The translations under genes and the position numbers were made by a program. 64,000 nucleotides of DNA from contig AP026135.1 of assembly GCA_030295235.1 (NCBI GenBank), forward strand, positions 310,001 to 374,000, read 5' to 3'. This DNA is from Fistulifera solaris (Eukaryota). The notes beneath the pieces are model-generated. The model did no database searches. It was not told the DNA's origin and saw only the letters and a program-made list of their open reading frames with translations. Below, piece by piece: positions 1-11,462 of the stretch. Each line of letters starts with the position of its first letter. The stretch's first letter is position 1.

Positions 1-309
1 AGCAAATGATGGCTGTTGGTCTTGTAAAATAATAATCAAACGATCGCTATTGCTTGTAACTTGATTACTACGTATTTGTTTCTTGCCGTTTTGAGTCGTC
101 GACGCCAAGCGTAACAGACAATAGTCGTTGGCATTGAATTCCGGCGGTGAGATTCGTTGCAATTGTTTAGAGTACAAATGCAAGTCCAACGGAAATGATC
201 GTACTATCGAGTATGAAATTCAAATCATGTGCCCGTAAGTTTGGAGTCCCGCCGGTATCCTCTAACGGAAATTCCCACCTCATTCGTTTTTCCATGGAAG
301 AAGCTTTTC

Positions 310-390
310 GGTACCGGTACCGTACCTGTACGACAAACAATCTATGATCCTGGCTTGTATTCAGTACCGCTACCGGTACGGTACCGTACC
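310..390. repeat. GGTACC/GTAC-rich palindromic array
   Basis: ggtaccggtaccgtacctgtac ... gtaccgctaccggtacggtaccgtacc. Confidence 0.8.
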
Positions 391-415
391 CGTTACCCGC
401 GTAGTATCCATTTCA

Positions 416-497
416 GGAGACAGGGAAACGCACTTGGTACATTTCTCCACGGGGGCGTACGTGAAGTACACAATCTCCCGCACCTTGCAGTCAGTCG
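416..497 (+). repeat. Dispersed repeat, copy A
   Basis: Aligns by eye with the reverse complement of 37187-37277. Confidence 0.75.
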
Positions 498-1217
498 TCA
501 GCTTGAAGCCTCTCAACGTTCCCAATCAATAGCTACTCCTGCAGGTATTTGAAACATTCTGAGGATCGTTTAGCATTCAACTGTCATTTGAAAGCGCCTT
601 CTTCATTTCAAGGGAAAGTTGAAACTTGAAACTAGTTTCCTTCTGCTTGGAGTTGGAGTTTTTCCCCGTGGTCACTTTACACCGTGAGATAAAACAAACA
701 TGCGGTATCACTTTAGACGTTTGTTTGCCTCTTAGAATGATGCTTTAAAGTTGGAAACTAAATCTCTCTGGTAAACAATAATCGCTAAAAAAACCTTTTT
801 GGAACATGCAGTCAACAAAATCATTTCTCCCAACAACTCGATTCTTTTTTAAAATCAAGACTAGACTAGTTGATCCCATCTCATCCCATGTTCTCTAGTA
901 CGTCCTATCAAGTTTTCGGAAGGACAAAAGGATTGGATTGGGAAACACCCTTGAGTTCGTCGAAACGTGATGTGCGATGCCAGCGTGGACGCGTGGATGC
1001 GGCGGCGGCGCGCGTCCGATCCCGCATGTCCTTCCCCCGAGGACTTTTTTTACTTAGAGAAGACTTTGGTGAAAATAGCTCATACAGTAGGCGACGTTTC
1101 GAATCGGAGTATCGTCATTATTGCACCGTGCGCAACGCCATGTTGTCTCACGATTCACGGACGAAAAGTGGAATGCATCGATCGCAGCCAATAAAGCGAA
1201 AACAAAGGACAACAAGG

Positions 1218-1243
1218 TTCATTCATTCATTCATTCATTCATT
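1218..1243 (+). repeat. (TTCA)n microsatellite
   Basis: ttcattcattcattcattcattcatt upstream of the 1308 start. Confidence 0.85.
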
Positions 1244-1307
1244 TTGCGAGCTCCGAGTGAATAAAAAGAGAGGAATATTGAAAAGAGTTAATTATACCGC
1301 ATTCGCA

Positions 1308-2600
1308 ATGATCAAGCAAGTCTTTCTCTTCGTCTTTTGGATATTACCAATAGTAAATTCTCAATTTACGGCTTCTCCGACGACTCCTGTCATTGAAACT
1401 GAAGCGCCTGTCGCGGCCCCGACATTGCAACCAACGGTCGGTGCCATTGCCACCGAATCACCCACACTTCTCAGTACATCGGAACCGACGCAATTGCCTA
1501 CCGCAGCACCTGTAGCCGTTCCTGTCGCTCTGCCGGTCGCCGTCCCCGTCGCGCCGCCACCTACGGTCGCACCGATTCCATCTCCTGTGGCTGCCCCGAC
1601 ACCGCCTCCTCTTGCCCCTATCGTTGTATCGACCAGTGCTCCGACCCTCTTTTCCACTCCGGATGTCATTGCCGTGACACCTTCACCAACGGCGGCGCCC
1701 ATCATTTTCTCGTCTCCAATTGCCACGACGCTTTCCCCGACAACTCGACAGGCCATCGAAACGTCTCCTCCAACCTCGACTTCGGACTCGGGCAGCAACA
1801 ATCCTCCACCCACGAACCAAGAGGATGACGAGTTACTGAGTTTACCGGCCTGGATTGGGATTGGTGTCGGAGGCTTGATCGTGTTGGGATCGATTGTCTT
1901 TGTCGCCCTGCGTGGCGGTGGCAACAGTAGTGGACAGACGGTGCCTAGTCGGCACACCAAAGATACGCGCATGTCATCCCAGCCCGAAGTCGAAATTCAA
2001 ATTACGAATGATGACGATATTTCGACCATCGGGTATCCCACCGTCGCAACTCGTTCGTATCGTGGCGATCAACAAAGGTAAGTGAAAATGAATGTAGAGA
2101 CCGGTTTTTCGCGTACTTGGCCATGTTGTGTTTCTCATCCTGCCTAACTTCCTCTTCTACAGTCTCCCGACGATCGATTACGATTACACGAGATCCTACG
2201 GAGCCGGTCAGGATGGGTCGGTGGTTTCCAGTGCCGCCGGTACCATGGGCGATACCGTAACTCCTTCGGTGACCACCACCCTTCTGAATCGGATGGGTGA
2301 TACACGAGCACCCTCGGAACGATTCTCGAAATCGACACGTGTGGTGGAAATTGTGGCACCCGCGGGGAAATTGGGGTCGTCTTGGATGCTTCCGACGATC
2401 CGGAAGATCCGATTGGCTGTCCGGTTGTGCATACCGTCAAGGAGAATTCTCCCTTAATTGGTCAATTGCAAGTTGGAGATAAATTGATCGCGCTGGATGA
2501 TGATGATGTACGTGGTATGACGGCCATGCAAGTCTCAAAATTGATTTCCATGAAGAGTGCCAATCCGCGAAGGAAGTTTACCGTTCTGCGTCCTTTATAG
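1308..2600 (+). CDS. Signal peptide + Pro/Thr-rich stalk + single TM + C-terminal PDZ-like domain protein (paralogue 1)
   Basis: MIKQVFLFVFWILPIVNS signal; PTxAP repeats; TM WIGIGVGGLIVLGSIVFVAL; GT-AG intron 2078-2162; APAGKLG...VHTVKENSPL..QLQVGDKLIALDDDDV PDZ signature; 1-nt shift at G-run ~2373. Confidence 0.8.
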
Positions 2601-2778
2601 TTATAATCCACCGATGAAAACGTTTAAAGTATTCCGTAATGATAACACAAGAAAGGCAGCTAATCTAGACTAGCAATTACGATTGAAGTAAATTGACACG
2701 ATGATCATTTTCATTATTTGGCGTGGCCGAGCGAATTACAAGAACAGCTTCATCCGGTGACAAGGCAATCCAAAAATA

Positions 2779-3710
2779 TCAGTCCACGGGTAGTTGTTCC
2801 AAGACATTGTCTCGTAAGGGAAGATAAATTCGGGCCACAGCACCTTCATCATGTGATGACAATGTGACATTACCACCAAAATGTTGCATCATGAGACGAC
2901 TGGCCGACAAGCCAACACCCAAACTGCTCATGGGACTGCGGACCGCCGCGTACGATTGTTGTTCGTCCAATCGATCCCATCTTCGGGCGGCTGAAGAATA
3001 TCCCCACGCAAACAACTTGGCAGAATCTTGCAATCCTATGCCATGATCCTGGAGAGTCACGCAGACCGCATTGTCGTCCGACGAAAGGGTGATTAGCACC
3101 GGTGGTGGATCACTGGAGTAACGCTTTAAAGTGGCATGGAAGGCATTTTTAGCAACTCGATCAACGTATGATGAACCCAAGGTAGTACGAGAGTAAGATG
3201 CTTTGAAGGAATAACACGCTGTAGGTGCACTTCGGGCGCCATCATCCAATGAGACTCACAGACTTGTTGCGCTTGCGAAATGGCTGGATCCAAAAGATCA
3301 GATACATTCTCAATGGTTGCGATTGCACCGACTTTTTTGTTTTTGTATAATTTGACGTAATGATCGCACAGCAATTGTGTACTATATCGTACGCGCAAAA
3401 CATCCTCCTTGTCGTTTGACTCGAGTTGTAAATCAATTAACCGTTCCAAAGTGGTGGCATGACGATCCCGAATTTGTTCCAACGTTTTGCTGACAATATC
3501 TTGATCGGCAATATTCCATCGTTGAAGGACAGGAGACGACAAGAGTTGTCGACACAATCGTTCCGTATCGCGATACAAATACTGCAAATGGGAGTCGATG
3601 AGACGGCTTTGTTGCCATGCCAAACGGTCCGCTACGTGTTGTAAGACAGTCTCAGCGATCGTGCTGTTGATTCTCAAGTTCGCTAGAGAATGGAGGGTCC
3701 AACGCTTCAT
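2779..3710 (-). CDS. Pyruvate dehydrogenase kinase / BCKD kinase-like GHKL kinase
   Basis: Joining ORFs 3126-3746 and 2779-3249 across an A-run at ~3146 gives ELLKNAFHAT (N box), DHGIG (G1), FAWGYSS and GVGLSASRLMMQHFGG (G2). Confidence 0.75.
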
Positions 3711-4079
3711 ATCGCGTTTGAATTCCACGTTGCAAATTGACTGCAAAGGACAGCATCATCTGAATGAAGGTCTCAACAACCCGAAAACTTTTTTGTGTTG
3801 TCCTTATCTCTTCCGAAAATTGACCGACGTACCGGTACTCACACTTAGCACTAAAATTTCGGTCCAAAACCGCGTTCTCACTTTCGAGAGATAGTATAAA
3901 AAATTGACTATAGGAAGGATGAGATGCCGTTGGATGTCTCTCTTCTATTGCGGGACTGACTTTTGGACCGGTTTTGTTTCATCGTTTCTTTTTTGTTTTC
4001 ATTCTGTCAAAACTAATCCACGCCATGACTCGTGTGTTAAAGGAAATGCAGTACACGCTATCCTCACAAATCAAGCACC

Positions 4080-5524
4080 ATGTTGTCGATTCAAGTTGTC
4101 TCGTTACTTTCGGTGCTGACTAGCATGGCCACCGCAACACCGACTCCATCGCCAAGCGCCCTCTTTACGCCAAATGACAACCCGACACTTGCCCCAACAT
4201 CTTCTTTGACGCTGTGGGATAAAGTGAAACCTGTTGCACCATTGCCAGCACCGGTCAAGCCACCGACAATATCACCGACGTTCACCCCTAAGACTTTGAC
4301 ACCCACCATTGCCCCTACAATATCACCAACACATACTCCAACTTCTCTCGCCTCCGATTTTCCTTCCTTTTCTCCGACCGTGTCCACCAACGAACCCTCC
4401 ACGGCCCCCGTCGTGACTCCCACGAAACAGCCGACAAATGGTACTTTTATTACTTCCGTCCAAGTGACGAATTTGCAATTGAAGCTCGTGAATGCGGGAA
4501 CCTTACTCGAGAAACATCGATGGAAAGTCGCGACGGAAGCGTTTTACAACGAATATTATGAGGACATTGAATGCAAGGTGACCTTTGTGCGATCAGAAAA
4601 AGCGAAGAACCGAAAATCAACACCATTACGTATGATCTCCTGTTGCAGTCCGAATTCTTTGCTCTGAACAATCCGATGCAATACGCGCTGAAACCCTTTC
4701 GAAATGAAGCCGCGAATTTGCAATACGGGAACGATTTGCGCACATTGCTCAACTTTGAACGTCTCACTCTCCCTCTGGCGGTCCCAACCCGCATCACCGA
4801 TGATTCTGATCAACCCAAGGAGAAGATGTTGGGTTTGCATGCACTTTTGGGAATTGTTGCGGCGGCTTTGTTTGTTGCATTTTTGTTGCTGTGCTGGTGC
4901 AAGCGTACGCGTCGTCAAGAAAACAAAGCGTCCGAGGCACCCATGTCGACGTTTCGAATCTCTTCTGATGATGACATTTCCACCATTGGGCCCATTGATA
5001 TCGTGGATAGTGAAAAAGGGGGAAGGTAGGTGTTCGAGTGCTTTTGGGGTGAACCTTTAAGTAGCCACAAGGTTTCTCATCTCACGCTTTGTTGGTTCTT
5101 CAGCATCAATTCTGGCGACGATGATTTCTCCAAGGAAATGGACGGCCATAATTTTGGTCGAGCAATCATTTCGACTATAAGCCGAAGAATGTGCATGGGT
5201 GGTTCCAGCAATAACGGCGAAGAAGCGCGCGATGACGAGGAAGCAGTTGATTACACGGCAGGCGATTGGATGGAAGTTGTTGTGCCTTCCGGAAAGCTGG
5301 GTATCATCATCAACACTCCCAACGATGGACCTCCCGTTATCCACACAGTGAAGGAAACGTCGGCTGTGATGCATCAGATTCAAGTCGGCGACAAACTCAT
5401 TGCCATTGACGATGAAGATGTGCAGGCAATGACCGCCATTCAGGTATCCAAGATCATTTCCAGTAAAAGCTCCGAATCTCGAAAGTTTACCATTGTGCGA
5501 CCGTACGATACTGTGACAGTTTGA
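4080..5524 (+). CDS. Signal peptide + Pro/Thr-rich stalk + globular (SEA-like) ectodomain + TM + PDZ-like protein (paralogue 2)
   Basis: MLSIQVVSLLSVLTSMATA signal; PT repeats; TM LLGIVAAALFVAFLLLCWC; intron 5026-5103; VPSGKLGIII...IHTVKETS...QVGDKLIAIDDEDV; shift near the A-run at ~4600. Confidence 0.8.
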
Positions 5525-8500
5525 AAGGCCTGACAATGTCTACTAGTATTTGTTAAGAAAGTTAATAGTGGATTCGTTGTGTTAAGACTTTTCCTCCTGT
5601 CACGTCACGATTGATTTTAGCTCTGCGTGTCTTGTCAGCATTGTTGTCCGTTTTTCGGCGAAAAGTCAACTACACAATCGAATTCACTGGCTGAAGTCTG
5701 AAGTCTGAAGTCGTACAGGTACTGCGTGACTGCCCGTTCAATTGTTTTGCTTGACGCTCGCAATAAAATCATTACGGAGTACTGTTTTATTGATGTTGTT
5801 TTGATAATGTGCATGTCCTTTTAAATTTACACCAACGCAGAGATGTGAAGGAGATAGAGGACAGGCTATCACGTGAAGCGGAGATACACAGGACTTGCAG
5901 CAAATGCGATTTTCAACATCGATCACGCCACCATGGGGTTCGGTACGTACCAGGTATCCTTCGTTGTTGCACGCCGTGTTTATAGCCGGAGCGTCGAAAG
6001 GATCTTGTGACGTACACCAGGATGTTTCATCATCTCTTGGTTATTCTCGGAAATGCACGCGGCTACAGTACACTCTAAGAAATCTGCAAAGGTTTCGTTT
6101 TTAGAAAAGATCTTATTAAGATCTTCCTGTCGACAAGGATGTGTCACATCCATCGCAAATTTAAATAAACCTTCAAGCTTTCGTTCGTGCTTGATGCTAA
6201 CTCGCATTCGACAGACATTGATATACTCAACTACCACTTAGAATGTTGCAGGGAAGGAAGCTTCAAAGCGTGCGCTTATGGAAATGAAGCACACTGTGCC
6301 TGAATGACATTATGTGCTGTAAAAGTGACCGCAGGAAATGTGAGAGACCTGGGAGTTGGTAATGCGAAAAGATGTAAACTGCTAGATAGGCTCATGTGAT
6401 CCTAAACACTTCTTTTTCAAAAAGACGTCCAAGAGTGTTTCACACTAGCACCGAATCAACAGTTCAAATTCTTGTATGGGGCGAAAAAAAGTAACTCACG
6501 TAATCGACAGATCGCTCGTGGTACAGAGTGTAGCCCCAAATGCTAGGGCTGTGAAGAACTCACCTCATGAAAGATGGATTTCAAAGTCGTCGATTGCCAA
6601 AAAGGTTCCGTTCGACAATTTGCGAATGCACCAATTGAGTCGTCACATCTGTAATTCAAAAATGAGTGCACTAAGTTAGACCCTCTAGGATCAATCGTAT
6701 TACAAAGAAACAAAGGACCCACTCTCTAGGGAGTGCGGTGACGAAGCATTCGTGCAGAAAAAGCGAAAAGATCAGAACGATCCCTTCCAATCTGCGCCTC
6801 GCATATGCTCTACCACAAACGTAACGGATGCGCATCTACTAGAAAGTCGCGTACCCTGACTAGTTGTGGGAATTCCTGCTTTCTTGTTCGTACCTGGTTG
6901 CTTCTAGTGTTTTGTAGAGGAAAGGAAGTCGTTAGTCGGAATGGCAGAAAATACATGGAAATGTTCGAGCTCTTGTGACTCAGTCTCCGACGGACAAGAA
7001 CAGAGATTGAGTGTCTGAGAACGATAAGTTATCCTTTCGCGAAAGACAAGTATCAAGGAACGATATCAGCACTGCACATGACGGCAGCATCAACCTCGAA
7101 CGCTGAAGAAACTTCAGAACATGCAGTCGCTGATAGTCAACGAGTCAAGATCATGATCATCTACTTACAGCTTCTTATACCCCCGTAGAAATGACGGTTG
7201 CAATGTATTTTATACATCAGCCATATCACTCCTGGTAAGGAGACGTTTGCACTTTTCGAGCTGGTCATTTTGTGCTTGTGGTCCATCATAAAAAATTTTG
7301 TTGTTGCTCATTGCTCATTGCTCGTCGGTTGGAGGAATTTCTCGGAAAGGATTGGAGGTTACATTGCAACGACCGTTGAAGGACGAACGGTAAGAGACAT
7401 CCGTGCACTGTACAATATACTTACGTCCGTTGTACTGAAAGTTCAGTACTGCACACTAGTACAGCTGTTTGCATAATGGCCCAGACTTCATGTAGGCTCC
7501 GTAGAAGCCTACCACAACGGAGTTGAGTCGCGGTCCGACTACTCCTCCGCCCTACTGCCATCGCGACAAATCTCGTGTTGTTTTCGAGAATGCCGATCCT
7601 ATCATTACATTGCTAATAACACTTGCAGACTGCTTTAGTCAGGCACGATCAACACACATATTGTTCCTTTTTTTATTTAGCGTCGATTGGTATATATATC
7701 GTGCCTGACTCGCAACATTTCGGTTCTTAAAACTGTCGGTGAAAATTGGCACACGTTTGTGTGCAGTGATGACTCGCCGCTATAAAGACAAATGGATTTG
7801 TGGAGAGCATTTCCTTCAGACCTTGAAAGATCATCACCTAGCACTCAAAGAGAGCTTGGTTCAACAAAATTGACACGATCATTGTTGAAGAAAGCCGTTC
7901 CAATCATGAAATCGATGATGAAGACGGAAGTGACGATATGGACAAGTTGCCGTCAGAGGGCGAAATAGAGGATGAAACAGACTAAACAGCGCTGGATCGC
8001 TTCAGCGCTCATGGCAGAGTACTAATTTCATGTAATTTCAACTTACTTTATCAAGAAATTCGCTTTAAGATGCAGCAACATGAACAAGAATGGTAATGAG
8101 GGCATGTTGCAAGTTGCAAGAAGGAGCGAGATTTTGCGCGAAACGGTGCGTGCCTGTCGGTCGTGTGACGATGCGTGACTGGCCGGGACTGAAATGAAAC
8201 CGACCATTTGTTCAAAAAAAGGTAGGTTTAAAAAGAATTGATGACAAGAAATTGCTGTCAAATATGATTAGTGTCAGTATGATCAAATTTATTTTCTGAA
8301 AAAGATGCTTTTTCAGTCAAATCATAGGTTTTCGTGAAGTAGACTTAGCTCGTACGCGAAAATGGCACGTAGATTTTGTACTATCCGGTACATTTTCTAC
8401 GAAATTTACATAGGTCAGTGACCGGAAGCAAACAGCTGTACTTGTTTCGGCGGGCTATTTTTCATTGGGCTTGTAATGTACTACAGGCAGGCGCGCTTTC

Positions 8501-9021
8501 CACGTTCCACCGACAAACTACTATCAAGACAGGAGGAATTCTTCCTCAAAGTAAAATCCACCTCAATAAGAGCGAAACATCATTTTCGATCATTCACCTA
8601 ATAAAAATATCTCATACTAATTTTCGTAGAATAACATTAAGCATGAAACTCTACATACCTGAAGAAACAGGAATTTTACCGGCGATGACCTCGATCTCGG
8701 TCGCCTTTCTCGCCAGCAAGGACCTCCGCTCGTGTTGCTAGTTGCTATCTTCCGGAGAATCCTTCGCCTTTCCGAATAAAATAAAAATAACATTGTTGAG
8801 GTGGGTAATAGCTTTAAAATGATCGTGTTTGAGATTAAAATAAAGAAGAAACCTGCAAGAACGGCGGAGCAAAGGCTTAAAAGGTTTATCTGTAGATTTT
8901 ACGCGATTCGTGTGTCTCGACGGTAGTCTGTTGCGCGGTTTTTTTCTTTGTGTTGTTTGGAAACAAACATTAACGCTTTTTCTTTCTTTCGCAGTTCATA
9001 TAAAAAGAAATAAGTGCAATC

Positions 9022-9610
9022 ATGAGTGTCGATATGGAAACCTGCCCAGCATCAGCGCCTTTCTTTGGCTTTATGGGAGTAACATCCGCCTTGGTGTTTG
9101 CCAACATTGGTGCTGCTTACGGAACAGCTAAATCGGGAGTTGGAATTTCTTCGATGGGTGTAATGAACCCCGGTCTTGTCATGCGAAACATTATTCCAGT
9201 AGTCATGGCTGGTGTGTTGGGTATTTACGGACTGATCGTTGCTGTCATTATTCAAGGTTCAATTGTACAACCTCAGAACGGCTTTAGCCAGTATTCACTC
9301 TACACTGGATTCGCACACCTTGCTGCCGGTCTATGTTGCGGACTTTCTGGATTAGCTGCCGGTATGGCTATCGGAATTGTGGGTGACGCCGGTGTTCGCG
9401 CAGTTGGACAACAAGAGAAGCTCTTCGTGGGTATGATCTTGATTCTCATTTTCGCTGAAGCTCTTGGTCTTTACGGTAGGTTGAATTACGAAGATGCTCC
9501 CTTAGGCATCACACATTACACCTTTTCTCACTTCTTTTCTTTGTTTAGGATTGATTGTTGCACTAATTCTATCCCAAAACAACTTCGTCTGCGAAGGCAA
9601 TGGCAACTAA
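9022..9610 (+). CDS. VMA3: V-type H+-ATPase 16 kDa proteolipid subunit c
   Basis: Highly conserved [25 protein letters not shown] and [14 protein letters not shown]; intron 9476-9548 restores LIVALILS and the stop at 9608-9610. Confidence 0.97.
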
Positions 9611-10008
9611 GACTTATTTTATTGTGTCGAACTTTGTTATTAAAGCGCCAGTTTATCTCAATTCTGTGTCTTGCATGTGCTGCTTGCCTATAGATGACTT
9701 GCTTGCTAGGGTCTATTTTACACAGTTACCTATCTTTTTTTTTCATCCGTAGATTGATTTTGCTTGCCTCTCGTTTTACTGTGACCGGTGCGGAGTGCGG
9801 AGGCGGCGACTGTGTCGGCCCGCGCGTTGTATAGGATTTATAGTTAATGAACTGATAAAAGTTAGTCACCGTGAAAAGCGAGAACGCGAGAACATGCGAT
9901 GCGTGCGTTTCACATCGGTGATGTCTTCCCTCTTCATTTGCTACAAGGTTTACGTGCCACGTATAATCACAAAGTTACCCCTTCTTAACATTGTATCAAA
10001 GTTTAAAC

Positions 10009-11290
10009 ATGGACAGTGAGGAGAATCAACCTTCTACTCAAGAACAAGACAAACCAGAAGATGATTCGGGTGAGGTGCAAGGGTCCTTAGGAATGCGTCC
10101 GGTATTCTTGGGCAATCTCGTCCCAAACTTTTCCACCGATGATCTCAAAGATATCTTTGAGAAGCCTGTTCAGCCCAAGCCTGACAAATCGTACGAACCC
10201 ATCCCTGTGGACCGTGTGGATCAAAAGCGGGGATACTGCTTTATCTTTCTGAAGGATGCAACCTCTCCAGCGGACAAGGAGAGGATCGAAAACTTCATCT
10301 CGGATCTCAACGGAATGTAAGCAGTGAATCTACTTCTTCTTCTACGCTATTATTGACTACCTTCGCTACAATACTTCTTCTGGTGGCTCTTCTTCATGAA
10401 AAACTCCTCCGTACAAAGCGTACCTACTGTTTTGCTGCGCTCTCTTCCTCTTTCGCTACGCCTTTCGTCATCGGCCTTCTGCTGCTTTGCTCTGACTCTT
10501 TCTTTTTTCTCTGCTTGTTTCTACTTACAACATCAGGGATATCCCCAACGTATCCAAAGCTCTTCGCGTCGAATTCGCTCGTGGTGATGGCCGCGTCAAG
10601 CGCAAGGAAGATGAGCGTCGCAAGAACATTGAGCCTTCGGACACTTTGTTTGTCGTCAATTTTCACGAAGAAACGACGCGTCAAGAAGATCTGGAGTTTT
10701 TATTTCAGCCCTTCGGAGAGCTTCTGCGTATCGATATGAAGCGCAACTACGCGTTTGTGCAGTTCAAGACGGTTGAACAGGCAACCAAGGCGAAAGAGAC
10801 GACCAATGGAGGGAAACTGGATCAAGCTGTTTTGACGGTGGAGTATGTAGCGCGTCAACGAGACAACAATAATAACAACAATAGAAGACGCCGAGACCGC
10901 GGGGACGATCGTCGTCATGGCCGCAACGATCGTTTGGATAACCGCCGTCGTCTCGATCACGGGCCACCTAGGTATAATCGCAGGGACAGTCCTCCTCCGT
11001 ATCGAGTAGGTCGGCGCAGTCGTAGCCGATCGCGGTCTCCTCCCTACCGACACGGTTACCGCTCAAGGTATGTGTCTATGCTTACTTTTATGTCTTGGGT
11101 GTATACATTTCTTCTCATTTTTTTTGTTTGCAGGAGCCCTCCCCATGGCCGCTACGAAGACCGATATGATGACTTTCGAGACCGACGTGGATCCAGCCCT
11201 CCACCTTATAGGGGACGTAGTCCAGACCGGGACCGTGGTCGTGACTTTTATCGCGATGATCGCGAACGAGACCGTGGTTATCGTGGATAA
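10009..11290 (+). CDS. SR-family splicing factor (two RRMs + RS/RD tail, RS-subfamily-like)
   Basis: RPVFLGNL/RGYCFI (RRM1), LFVVNF/RNYAFVQF (RRM2), RSRSRSRSP tail; introns 10317-10536 and 11068-11133. Confidence 0.9.
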
Positions 11291-11462
11291 GCTAAGGGTT
11301 GGATGAGACAAGGAACTCCGTCCTAGAGAGCGTCGAGGTCAATGTCATTCCGTGTGCCTACTAATAAAGCTTAGCGAAATATGTATTTCAACAGTCAATC
11401 TATATAATTTGATTCGTCATTTAATGATGATTCAGCGTGCATCCGAGGATGTGGTGAAGTCA

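Noticed and set aside
870..1307. 146-aa N-terminal extension of the first ORF
   Set aside because: Non-ATG start, includes a microsatellite, and a clear signal peptide begins at ATG 1308
1361..1972. Gly/Val/Ala-rich antisense ORFs (also 4091-4423)
   Set aside because: Mirror of Pro/Thr-rich codons on the sense strand
9476..9693. Extended C-terminus of V-ATPase c in the ORF track
   Set aside because: Read-through of intron 9476-9548; splicing restores the normal terminus
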